DNA of 64,000 bases. It comes from Clostridia bacterium (GTDB lineage Bacteria > Bacillota > Clostridia > TANB77 > CAG-508). Both the position numbers and the translations under genes were made by a program. This document shows, in pieces, positions 47,659-56,551 of this stretch (its first letter is position 1; each line of letters begins with the position of its first letter). Under the pieces are notes generated by a model. That model was not told the DNA's origin and made no database searches. It saw only the letters and a program-made list of their open reading frames with translations. The DNA is taken from assembly GCA_017510245.1 (NCBI GenBank), contig JAFWNQ010000010.1:7178-71177 (forward strand). Direction: 5' to 3'.

Positions 47659-49137
47659 TTATTTGTTCATTTTTTCAATTATGTTATTTATAATTTCTCT
47701 TTCATCATAATGATTTTTAACATGATTAATTTCTTGATATGTTTCATGACCTTTTCCAGCAAATACAACTATGTCTAATTTATTAGCAATATTAATTGCC
47801 TTTTCTATTGCCTCTGTCCTATCAACTACACATTCGTACTTGCCTTTTGTTTTTTTTATGCCTTCTTCTATTTCTTTAACAATTACTTCTGGATCCTCTG
47901 TACGTGGATTATCTGATGTTATAATTGTATAGTCAGCAATTTTTCCTGATATTTCTCCCATAAGTGGTCTCTTTCCTTTATCTCTGTCTCCTCCACATCC
48001 AAAAACAGAAATTACTCGACCTCTAGTATAAGATTTTACAGCTTGTAAAATACTTTGTAGGCTTTCAGGCGAATGTGCGTAGTCAATCATTAGAGTTAAA
48101 CCTAACTTATTATCAACTAATTCACTTCTTCCTGGCACTCTTACTTCTTCAAGAGCACTCTTAATATTCTCTGTTGAACAACCTAATCTTTCTGCTACAC
48201 AAATAGCAGCAAGACTATTATATACACTAAATCTACCTGGAATGCAAGTTTTTATTCTTTCATTTCGTCCATTTACTTTCACTCTAAAATCAACATATGA
48301 ATTTGTAATTGTAATGTCTTTAGCTAATAGATCACATCCATTATCAATTCCATATGTTTTTATTTTGCAATTTGGAACTAAACCTGGAACTTTTATTGTA
48401 TTTAAATCATCTGTGTTAATAAATCCCTCTTTACACATTTCAAATAATTTAACTTTTGAGTTGAAATAGTCTTCCATATTTGGATGTTCTTTTTCTCCAA
48501 TATGATCCTCTGAAAAGTTAGTAAAAATGCCAATATCAAAGTAACATCCATCTACTCTATGAAGTTTTAAACTCTGAGACGAAACTTCCATCACTACTGC
48601 TTGACATCCATCTTCAACCATCTGTGAAAATAGATATTGTAAATGTATACTATCAGGTGTAGTTCTATCACTATCTTCAATCTTTTTTTCTCCACTATAA
48701 GCTGCAATAGTACCAATAAGCCCAGTCTTTATGCCTTGTTTTTCTAACACTTTTTTTATCATAAATGTTGTAGTTGTTTTTCCTTTAGTTCCAGTAACAC
48801 CAATTAACTTTATCTTTCTAGATGGATTATCATAGTAATTACATGCACAAATTGCAACTGCTTTTCTAGTATCTGATGTTGCAATTAAAGTAATATTGTC
48901 TGGTATAGCAGGTACTACATCTTGTACTCTATTCTCATTTATTAATAACGCGATTGCGCCACTTTGAATAGCACTTGTTATGTATTTATGGCCATCTGTA
49001 TCAAATCCTTTTATAGCAATAAATAAGTATCCTGGTTTTACTTCTCTAGAATCACTTGTGATTCCTGTTATATTTAAATCTAGATTTCCTCTTGCTTTTA
49101 ATCCTTCGAGTCCTGTTAAAACACTTTTTAAATTCAT
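47659..49137 (-). CDS. murE: UDP-N-acetylmuramoyl-L-alanyl-D-glutamate--2,6-diaminopimelate (or L-Lys) ligase
   Basis: ...DSREVKPGYLFIAIKGFDTDGHKYI..., GVTGTKGKTTT, ...DNPRTEDP... Confidence 0.9.
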   Translation of the reverse strand: MNLKSVLTGLEGLKARGNLDLNITGITSDSREVKPGYLFIAIKGFDTDGHKYITSAIQSGAIALLINENRVQDVVPAIPDNITLIATSDTRKAVAICACNYYDNPSRKIKLIGVTGTKGKTTTTFMIKKVLEKQGIKTGLIGTIAAYSGEKKIEDSDRTTPDSIHLQYLFSQMVEDGCQAVVMEVSSQSLKLHRVDGCYFDIGIFTNFSEDHIGEKEHPNMEDYFNSKVKLFEMCKEGFINTDDLNTIKVPGLVPNCKIKTYGIDNGCDLLAKDITITNSYVDFRVKVNGRNERIKTCIPGRFSVYNSLAAICVAERLGCSTENIKSALEEVRVPGRSELVDNKLGLTLMIDYAHSPESLQSILQAVKSYTRGRVISVFGCGGDRDKGKRPLMGEISGKIADYTIITSDNPRTEDPEVIVKEIEEGIKKTKGKYECVVDRTEAIEKAINIANKLDIVVFAGKGHETYQEINHVKNHYDEREIINNIIEKMNK

Positions 49138-49279
49138 ATTATTTCTCCAAATTCACTCAATATATTATACTAAAATAAAAAATTATTTTCACTTTTAGTG
49201 TTAGATATTTTAACATTTTATATTATATACCTAATTTTATTAAAAAAACAAGATTATATGAAAAATAAATACATTTTTA

Positions 49280-50014
49280 TTAATATATTTCTAACTGCTG
49301 TTTAAACAATTTATCTCTAGAAGTATAAATCATCATATTTTTATTCTTTTTAAGTATTTGTTTAACTTTCCACAATCCTAATCCATGATCTATTTTCTTT
49401 TTCTTACTCGAGAATCCTTTTTCATAAATTTTATTAATATCAATTAATGAATTTTTAAATGGATTTTCAATTATTATTAAATATCTTCTATTTAAACTAT
49501 CATAAACAAACTTTATTGAAACAAATTTATCATCACATTCCATAGCAGCTTCTAAGGCATTATCTATTAATATTCCAAGTATTCTGCAAATATCGTAATC
49601 ACTAACTCTTATTTTATTTAAATTAAATAGTACATCCACTTTCATTTTAATATCATTCTTTTCTGCCAACTCATACTTATTATTGATAAGATGATATATT
49701 GCAGGATTGTTAATAACATTCTGATTAATGCTTTGAGAATTATTTATGTCCTGACATTCTTTAACTATAGCATTGTACATTTCCTTTAGTCCATCCATAT
49801 CATTCAGTATTATGTATCCTCCAATAGATTGCATAATATTATTAAAATCATGCTTAAAAGCTCTAACATTATCATAATTAGCTTGAAGTCTTTTATTACT
49901 ACTTTCCAAATCTTCAATTCTTTTTTGTTTTTTATTCATTTTTAATATTTTATTAATTGATATAATTAAATATGATAAAAAAGCTATAACTAGTATAAAA
50001 TTAACTTTTTGCAT
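49280..50014 (-). CDS. Orphan single-TM AgrC/LytS-type (HPK10-like) histidine kinase
   Basis: One N-terminal TM, H-box FKHDFNNIMQSIGGYI, and GHKL ATPase motifs LIDNALEA...GLGLWKVKQI. No response regulator is adjacent. Confidence 0.6.
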   Translation of the reverse strand: MQKVNFILVIAFLSYLIISINKILKMNKKQKRIEDLESSNKRLQANYDNVRAFKHDFNNIMQSIGGYIILNDMDGLKEMYNAIVKECQDINNSQSINQNVINNPAIYHLINNKYELAEKNDIKMKVDVLFNLNKIRVSDYDICRILGILIDNALEAAMECDDKFVSIKFVYDSLNRRYLIIIENPFKNSLIDINKIYEKGFSSKKKKIDHGLGLWKVKQILKKNKNMMIYTSRDKLFKQQLEIY

Positions 50015-50171
50015 ATAACTCTCCTTTTTATTTTTCCATTTTATACCAATTTGTAATATTTTTCAATAGCAAATGACAATTTTTTACAGAAATTTCAATA
50101 AAGTGAAAAAAAATGTGTTTCCGTTTATATAAAGCTAAAAAGGTAATGAATAATTCACTACCTCTTTATAG

Positions 50172-50421
50172 CTATTGATACTCTGAATGTGTTAATGTTG
50201 TAACACATTTTTTTCCTATTGTATAATCACCATATGTGAAACCTATTTTTAATGACTGATTTTCCTCTTCTATCAAATCTACTGTTGGATCCCATTTAAT
50301 TAAAAATTGTGTTTTACAGATTCCTTTATAAGCGTCCAACTTATCCTTATTCGGTGTAATAACTGCCTATTATTACAATTAATATCAATTCAACCATTAC
50401 AATAATATATTTTTTTTTCAT
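50172..50421 (-). pseudogene. Small secreted/membrane-anchored protein gene, apparently frameshifted
   Basis: ATG at 50421 gives MKKKYIIVMVELILIVIIGSYYTE* (stop 50347-50349). The -1 frame continues without a start codon as AVITPNKDKLDAYKGICKTQFLIKWDPTVDLIEEENQSLKIGFTYGDYTIGKKCVTTLTHSEYQ* (to 50172). An A9 tract follows the ATG. Confidence 0.3.
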
Positions 50422-50533
50422 CTTTTTCCTCAGCATAATATTATTTTACTATTTAATATAGTAAAATATATTATTCTCATTATATTTATATAAGAAGAGG
50501 CAACCTTGGGTCGCCTCTCTGCCTTAATACGTT

Positions 50534-52675
50534 TTATGGTTGTGCCTGAGCTAAATATTCGGTCTGATACGTATCTCCCTCATAAGTTATTGTGCCATTT
50601 GTCAGTACATAACCAGTCTCTATGTCTGAAACAGTTCCATCAATAGCTGCAGTTATTCCTTCAACTATTCCATCATAAAAATTAACAATACTTGTACTTA
50701 TATTTCTTATTCCATATGTTTTTCCTATAATCACTGGAGATGACGCATCTACATTACCATCTTTATCACCAATTATTAGAGTGCTTTCATTTGAAATAGC
50801 TTGTTGATTTACTCCAATTATTGTTCCTCCAGTTATAATTACTGTTCCGGTTAAGTTTTGAATTGTACCTCTACTCAATACGCTATTATTTGCACTTCCT
50901 GTTGTCTGACTCTTAATATAAGCATTGCCTGATATTTCTACAGTTCCAGCTGTATTATAAATTGCCCCTCTACTACCTGTTGCAATAATACTTGTTCCTA
51001 TAATCTTTAAGTGTCCTGTAGTTTCATTGTCAATAACAGCAAAATCTGCATTTGATGTTAAATATCCATTTGTAATAGAAAGTGTACCATTATTATCTAT
51101 TACTTTATGTGTTCCTGAATTGCTTAATGTATGATTTTGTAAATCTAACACAACGTTCTTACTAGCTGAAATAACAACAGCTTCACTTGCATCTCTTAAT
51201 AGTTTTATTGTTGTTTCAGTATTGTCTGGGACAGCCCTAAGTGCAGCATTAATTGATAAATACTTAACTCCATTAATCTCTGCTGTATTTGCTTCTGTCC
51301 AATGTGCATAAAATGTTACATCTTGAGTTATAATTGTGTTCTGATCAATTTGTTCACCAGAATCAGGATCTGTAAACCATCCATCAAATATAAATCCATC
51401 TCTACCTGGAGTAGGTAATGTTCCTATTGCATTATTCTCAATTACACCTCTTGTCGACTCAGAAACATTTCCTCCATTTGGATTAAACGTTACAGTAGCA
51501 GCTCTAGCCAAGTATAAAGTTTTATACGTAACAGAATCAATTACCTCAGTTGAATTAATCTTAGTATAGTCTGTTTCTATATCATTAATTCTTGTTTCGT
51601 TATCAACTGCAGCATTTTTTCCTTTTATTATTCCGTCATAAAAACCATAAGCTTTGCTACTAGTTATTCCATTTGTTACTCCTTGAATTGTAGGTGAGTT
51701 CCCATCATAGGTGCCATCCTTTGTTCCAATTACCATTGTACCTTGATTATTAACACCCGAATAACCTGTTGAAACTATAGTTCCTCCAGTTATTTTTAGT
51801 GAATTTCCGGCTACGTTTTGGTTTTGAATAACTGCCCTATTATTAGATTCTGAATATAGATATGCTGTACCAGATATTTCCAGAATTCCGCCATTATTGT
51901 ATATTGCTTGTCTAGATCCAGTACCTCTTACAATAATACTTCCTCCATCCATTATCAACTTTGCACCAGACTCGTTATTTATTGCACCTTGTGCCACATC
52001 TGTTGTTATTGTACCATTAGAAATTTTAATACTACCATGATTCTCAATTACATTAGTTGAACCATTATTGCTTACTGTATAATTTTGTAGATTAAACACA
52101 ATATTTTTATTAGCATTAACAATAAGATGTTCGCTTGTATTACTTAATAGTTTAATAATTGTTTCTGTGTTATCTGTAGGAACTGCATCTATAGCTTCCT
52201 GAAGAGTATCATAAAATGTTCCGTTAATTTCTGCAATACCTTGCACCCATTTAGCATATAAATTAATAGTATTTGTACCTGCTGGTGCCAAATTATTTAC
52301 AGTTTGTCCATCATCATAACTTGTTCCACTACCATCAGAAGCCGTATTCCATCCGGCAAACGAATATCCATTTCTAGTAAAAGTATTTGCAACTAACCTA
52401 ACGTCTTCATCATATGGAGCTTGTTGTTGAGAAGTACTCCCACTTCCATCGTTAGCATTAAATACAATTGTATAATCAATCTTAATCGAGAATCCATTGT
52501 TTAATGTTTTTGTATCTGAGAAATAAGCGATTATATTACTTACCTTATTAAAAGAAATAATAATTATAAGTATTGCTAGTATCATAAGCAGACGAGAGGT
52601 ATTTTTTTTCTTTTTTGTTTTTCTTGTTCTTTTATTATTTACAAAGCGTTTACCTTTGTATCCATTTCTGTTCAA
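50534..52675 (-). CDS. Large secreted protein with SipW-type (TasA-like) signal peptide, two Listeria-Bacteroides (Flg_new) repeats and two beta-helix-like modules
   Basis: N-terminus ...LLMILAILIIIISFNKVSNIIAYFSDTKTLNNGFSI. YTIVFNANDGSG...GYSFAGWNTASDGSGTSY...LYAKW and TVTFNPNGGN...GFIFDGWFTDPDSGE...FYAHW. The ~330-aa module is duplicated internally. TTG start behind gaaaggagg. Confidence 0.65.
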   Translation of the reverse strand: MNRNGYKGKRFVNNKRTRKTKKKKNTSRLLMILAILIIIISFNKVSNIIAYFSDTKTLNNGFSIKIDYTIVFNANDGSGSTSQQQAPYDEDVRLVANTFTRNGYSFAGWNTASDGSGTSYDDGQTVNNLAPAGTNTINLYAKWVQGIAEINGTFYDTLQEAIDAVPTDNTETIIKLLSNTSEHLIVNANKNIVFNLQNYTVSNNGSTNVIENHGSIKISNGTITTDVAQGAINNESGAKLIMDGGSIIVRGTGSRQAIYNNGGILEISGTAYLYSESNNRAVIQNQNVAGNSLKITGGTIVSTGYSGVNNQGTMVIGTKDGTYDGNSPTIQGVTNGITSSKAYGFYDGIIKGKNAAVDNETRINDIETDYTKINSTEVIDSVTYKTLYLARAATVTFNPNGGNVSESTRGVIENNAIGTLPTPGRDGFIFDGWFTDPDSGEQIDQNTIITQDVTFYAHWTEANTAEINGVKYLSINAALRAVPDNTETTIKLLRDASEAVVISASKNVVLDLQNHTLSNSGTHKVIDNNGTLSITNGYLTSNADFAVIDNETTGHLKIIGTSIIATGSRGAIYNTAGTVEISGNAYIKSQTTGSANNSVLSRGTIQNLTGTVIITGGTIIGVNQQAISNESTLIIGDKDGNVDASSPVIIGKTYGIRNISTSIVNFYDGIVEGITAAIDGTVSDIETGYVLTNGTITYEGDTYQTEYLAQAQP

Positions 52676-52874
52676 AAATTACCTCCTTTCTGCATATTTA
52701 TTATTATTTTTGCATTAAAACAACCTTTTATGCTATTATATCAATAATATTCTAACAACTTTTTATTTCTCATTCAAGTTCAAAAATATGATTACTCCTT
52801 TGTAATCGCTACAGTATAAAGTGATTTGACGATTGTTACATTTTTTTTACTTTTTTTTTACTTTTTTGTAACAT

Positions 52875-54623
52875 CTATTTTAAGTATTCTAAAACTTCTC
52901 TTAATATATTTCCCGCAAGTGGTGCTCCAACACCACCTCCTGTGTGTCCTCCCTGTCCTCTTGGATTATAAAGAGTTACAAGTATAGCAATTTTCGGCTG
53001 TTCAATAGGAGCTATTCCTATAAATGATGCAATATACTTGTTTGTATTTACGCCATCCTCAGAAGTTCCTGTTTTACCACCTACTTTTTCGCCTTCAACC
53101 TTTGCATTTTTGCCTGTTCCTTCATCTACAACAGTTTGCATCATACTTAATACATTTTTTGCAGTTTTTTCTGATATTGCTCTACCTCCTTCAACCTTTT
53201 CTATTTTTGTAACTATTCTATTCCCATTTTCATCAATATTACTATTACTAATTATCTCTTTTATTAAATGAGGTTTAACATATATACCATTGTTTCCTAT
53301 TGTAGAAAGCATAGTTACCATTTGAATTGGTGTAACTTCAAATCTTTGTCCAAAAGATATTGTTCCTAGCTCAACTGGTCCAACTTTAGCTTCATCTAAG
53401 AATATTGAATTAGCTTCACCTGGAATATCAATTCCTGTTCTATTAAAAAAGCCAAATCTTCTTAAATATTTATAGTAATTTTTTACACCTATTTTTTGTC
53501 CTAAGCCAATGAAAACTGGATTGCAAGAATTCATTAATGCTTCTCGTAAGCTCTCCGAACCATGAGGTTTGTAATATCTCCAACATTTCATTTTTACACC
53601 AGCAACTTCAATATAACCATTGCATGAAAATTCACCAGCCTTATCAGGTGTTGTTATTTCTTCTTCAAGTGCTGCAGATGATGTAACAATTTTAAATGTT
53701 GAGCCTGGTTCATATGTGTCAGATATTGCTTTGTTTCTCCATAGTTTTTGCATTTGCAATGATTGTTCTTCTTTATTTAATGATTCATCAACTGCAAATG
53801 GATCATTTAAATTATAATTTGGATATCCAGCCATGGCTAAAATATCTCCATTTTGAGGATTCATTATTACCACATTTCCCCCATCTTCACAATCATTATC
53901 TATACATGCCTCTTTCAAGTATTTTTCTGCAATTGATTGTATATTAAAATCAATTGTTAATACAATGTCGTCGCCATCTGTCGGATTGTTATATTCTTCA
54001 TAAGTATTATCTATTTTTTTACCACTAGCATCAGTCATTTTACTAATAGATCCTTTGTAGCCTTTTAAAATATCATCATACTGAGATTCAATCCCATTTA
54101 AGCCTTGATTATCAGTTCCGCAAAAGCCTATAACCTGTGATGCAAAATTATTATATGGGTAAAACCTTTTGGTATCTTCATCAATATTGATACCCTCTTT
54201 AATATTGTTTTCTTCCATCCACTCTCTTAATTCATTAGTTTTTTCCTTATCAACTTTTTTAGCAATATTAACAATAGATGTCCTTTTGCTAATTTTCTTT
54301 AACATTTCATCATAATCCAATTCAAATAAATCTGATAACTCCTTTGCTACTTTTTCTTTTTCTTTAATACTTATTGGATTAACAGTTATTGTCTCAACAG
54401 TAGAGCTCTTAGCTAGGACTTTTTCTTTTGTACAATCATAAATTGCTCCCCTTTTAGGATTAACATTTCTATCAGAAGTTTGCTGTTCATATGCTAGTCT
54501 TGACAACTCATCTCCACGTATAAATTGAAGAAAAGCAATTCTAGATATTAATACAATTATAATCAATATTATAATAAACATAACATTTTTCATTCTTTTC
54601 TTTATTGAAATCTTCCCAATCAT
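52875..54623 (-). CDS. Class B penicillin-binding protein (FtsI/SpoVD/PBP2B family), no PASTA domains
   Basis: N-terminal TM and PBP dimerisation domain. Transpeptidase motifs STFK (PGSTFKIV), SCN (MNSCN) and KTGT (GGKTGTSE). Confidence 0.9.
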   Translation of the reverse strand: MIGKISIKKRMKNVMFIIILIIIVLISRIAFLQFIRGDELSRLAYEQQTSDRNVNPKRGAIYDCTKEKVLAKSSTVETITVNPISIKEKEKVAKELSDLFELDYDEMLKKISKRTSIVNIAKKVDKEKTNELREWMEENNIKEGINIDEDTKRFYPYNNFASQVIGFCGTDNQGLNGIESQYDDILKGYKGSISKMTDASGKKIDNTYEEYNNPTDGDDIVLTIDFNIQSIAEKYLKEACIDNDCEDGGNVVIMNPQNGDILAMAGYPNYNLNDPFAVDESLNKEEQSLQMQKLWRNKAISDTYEPGSTFKIVTSSAALEEEITTPDKAGEFSCNGYIEVAGVKMKCWRYYKPHGSESLREALMNSCNPVFIGLGQKIGVKNYYKYLRRFGFFNRTGIDIPGEANSIFLDEAKVGPVELGTISFGQRFEVTPIQMVTMLSTIGNNGIYVKPHLIKEIISNSNIDENGNRIVTKIEKVEGGRAISEKTAKNVLSMMQTVVDEGTGKNAKVEGEKVGGKTGTSEDGVNTNKYIASFIGIAPIEQPKIAILVTLYNPRGQGGHTGGGVGAPLAGNILREVLEYLK

Positions 54624-54670
54624 AATAACTCCAAAACAATAAATTATTAAATACTATGTAAAAAACAATA

Positions 54671-54705
54671 AAAAAGAACTAATTTAAATATCATTTAGTT
54701 CTTTT
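54671..54705 (-). terminator. Intrinsic terminator (second of two) between ftsL and the PBP gene
   Basis: 13-bp stem aaaagaactaaat / atttagttctttt with a 9-nt loop and a T-run on the transcribed strand. Confidence 0.6.
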
Positions 54706-54751
54706 AATAAATATTCTATGGCTTAGCTTTAGGTGTATATACAAAGAAAAA

Positions 54752-54783
54752 ACTGATTATTTACTCATAGAGTTATAATCAGT
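54752..54783 (-). terminator. Intrinsic terminator immediately after ftsL
   Basis: 9-bp stem actgattat / ataatcagt abutting the ftsL stop, followed by tttttc on the transcribed strand. Confidence 0.6.
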
Positions 54784-55290
54784 TTATCTTATATTAAATA
54801 TATCTTTTAAAAGCTTGCTCCACCAAGTTTCAAGTTCATCCTCTGACTGTGTATCTATTGATGATTCTACATAATCAGATTTGTCCAAGTTAATGTATAC
54901 TTTCTGATTGTTATCTAATTTTTGCATACCTAGTTTTTCTTTTGCTTCTTGCTCTATATTATTAATGTTAGTTCCTTGCTCAATGCTAACCTTTAATTGT
55001 TGATTTGATTTTTGCAATTCAGCAAGTTCTCCCTTTAAAGACTCTTTTTCAGTAAAACTACTATTAATCACGGCATATCGATAACTTATTGTTAATAAAA
55101 TTGCAAAACCTGTAAATAAATAGAAAATGTTTGTTAAATTTTTCTTTGTTTGTTTTGCTTTGCTTTGTTGTTGCTTTTTAGCTCTAATCTTATTTTCATT
55201 TTTTACCTGTTTTGTTTCTTTTACTGATGTATCCTCAAATGTAGGTTCTATTTTTCTAGGGCTAGTATCATAATTATAGTAGTCTATCAT
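54784..55290 (-). CDS. ftsL: Cell division protein FtsL (septum formation initiator family)
   Basis: Basic N-terminus, one TM, coiled coil (LKGELAELQKSNQQLK) and ...EQEAKEKLGMQKL... Positioned between rsmH and the PBP gene. Confidence 0.8.
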   Translation of the reverse strand: MIDYYNYDTSPRKIEPTFEDTSVKETKQVKNENKIRAKKQQQSKAKQTKKNLTNIFYLFTGFAILLTISYRYAVINSSFTEKESLKGELAELQKSNQQLKVSIEQGTNINNIEQEAKEKLGMQKLDNNQKVYINLDKSDYVESSIDTQSEDELETWWSKLLKDIFNIR

Positions 55291-55312
55291 AAGTTATCTC
55301 ACCTCTTTTCTC

Positions 55313-56245
55313 TTATTGTTTTTCTCTTCTTTCAAAAATTCTTAATTTTGCACTTTTTGATCTAGAATTTTCTCTCTTTTCTTTATCAGTTGCTTCTATC
55401 GGTTTTTTATTTATTATTTTTCCAAGAGATTTATAATTACATACACAATATGGTAAGTCCTTTGGACACGTACATTTTCCTTGTGCTTCAATAAATGCTT
55501 CTTTTACTGCTCTATCCTCCAAAGAATGGAATGTTATTATACAAAGTCTTCCACCTTCTTTTAAACATTCAATCGAGTTAATAACTGTATTATATAGTGG
55601 TTTTATTTCATCATTTACTTCTATTCTAATTGCTTGAAAGGTTCTCTTTGCAGGATGTCCATCCTTAGAATATGGTTTTGATTTTTCTATTATTTGAACC
55701 AATTCTTTAGTAGTTTTTATTTCTTTAATCTTTCTAGCTTTGCAAATATTACGTGCAATAGCTTTAGAAAAGTGTTCTTCTCCATACTTGTATATGATAT
55801 CTGAAAGTTCTGTTTCACTGTAATTATTTATAATATCATATGCCGATTTTTCTTGAGACCTATCCATTCTCATATCAAGCAGATCATCACTGTTATAGCT
55901 AAAGCCTCTACTCTTTTCATCTAGTTGATAAGATGAAACACCCAAATCAAGTAGTATTCCATCAACCTTTTGTATATTTAGTTCTTCTAATATTTCTTTT
56001 ATATTATCATGATTTCCGTGAATTAATTTAAAATTATTAAAATCTTTAAGATTATTCGATGCTGCTTTCAAAGCTTCTTCATCTCTATCAATTCCCACCA
56101 ACGTGCCATTACCAGATAGTTTCTCTATGATTCTTCGACTATGACCTGCTCCACCAATAGTTCCATCCACATAGATTCCATCTGGTTTTATATTAAGTCC
56201 TTCAATAGATTCTTCTAGTAATACTGGAATATGATTAAATTCCAA
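55313..56245 (-). CDS. rsmH: 16S rRNA (cytosine1402-N4)-methyltransferase
   Basis: (M)EFNHIPVLLEESIEGL...DGTIGGAGHS...DLGVSSYQLD... Start re-assigned to TTG at 56245 behind aaggggtgat. The 30-aa track extension would read through the terminator hairpin. Confidence 0.9.
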   Translation of the reverse strand: MEFNHIPVLLEESIEGLNIKPDGIYVDGTIGGAGHSRRIIEKLSGNGTLVGIDRDEEALKAASNNLKDFNNFKLIHGNHDNIKEILEELNIQKVDGILLDLGVSSYQLDEKSRGFSYNSDDLLDMRMDRSQEKSAYDIINNYSETELSDIIYKYGEEHFSKAIARNICKARKIKEIKTTKELVQIIEKSKPYSKDGHPAKRTFQAIRIEVNDEIKPLYNTVINSIECLKEGGRLCIITFHSLEDRAVKEAFIEAQGKCTCPKDLPYCVCNYKSLGKIINKKPIEATDKEKRENSRSKSAKLRIFERREKQ

Positions 56246-56273
56246 AATATCACCCCTTATGTAACAAAATACT

Positions 56274-56309
56274 AAAAAGTTGGCATATATCAACATATGC
56301 CAACTTTTT
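56274..56309 (-). terminator. Strong intrinsic terminator/attenuator hairpin just upstream of the rsmH RBS
   Basis: 15-bp perfect stem aaaaagttggcatat / atatgccaacttttt with a 6-nt loop. The U-run ends about 28 nt before the rsmH start. Confidence 0.7.
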
Positions 56310-56339
56310 TCGTCATTAGTTCGCATAATATACATGTCA

Positions 56340-56519
56340 TCTTTTGTAAATTCTTTTGTTTAACTCAAACATCTTTTGTAAGAGTTTTCTTTTGTTAAGA
56401 GTTTGTTTTAATCTTTTGTAACTTTTTTCTTTAGTTAAAACTTTACATACGTTTTATCTTTTGTTTGCTTTTTTCTTTTGTACATTTTTAATTAATCTTT
56501 TGTTAGTTTCTTCTTTTGT
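56340..56519 (-). repeat. Array of nine perfect ACAAAAGA octamers (plus strand TCTTTTGT) in the mraZ-rsmH spacer
   Basis: Plus-strand TCTTTTGT starts at 56340, 56352, 56372, 56388, 56412, 56457, 56474, 56496 and 56512. On the transcribed strand the preceding base alternates T/A. Confidence 0.9.
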
Positions 56520-56551
56520 ATATTTATATAAACTTTATAAAAAGTATTATA

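Noticed and set aside
56340-56519. The octamer array as a CRISPR array or as a coding tandem repeat.
   Set aside because: The repeats are only 8 nt, with 4-37-nt AT-rich spacers of irregular length, and there are no cas genes. No long ORF spans the region on either strand.
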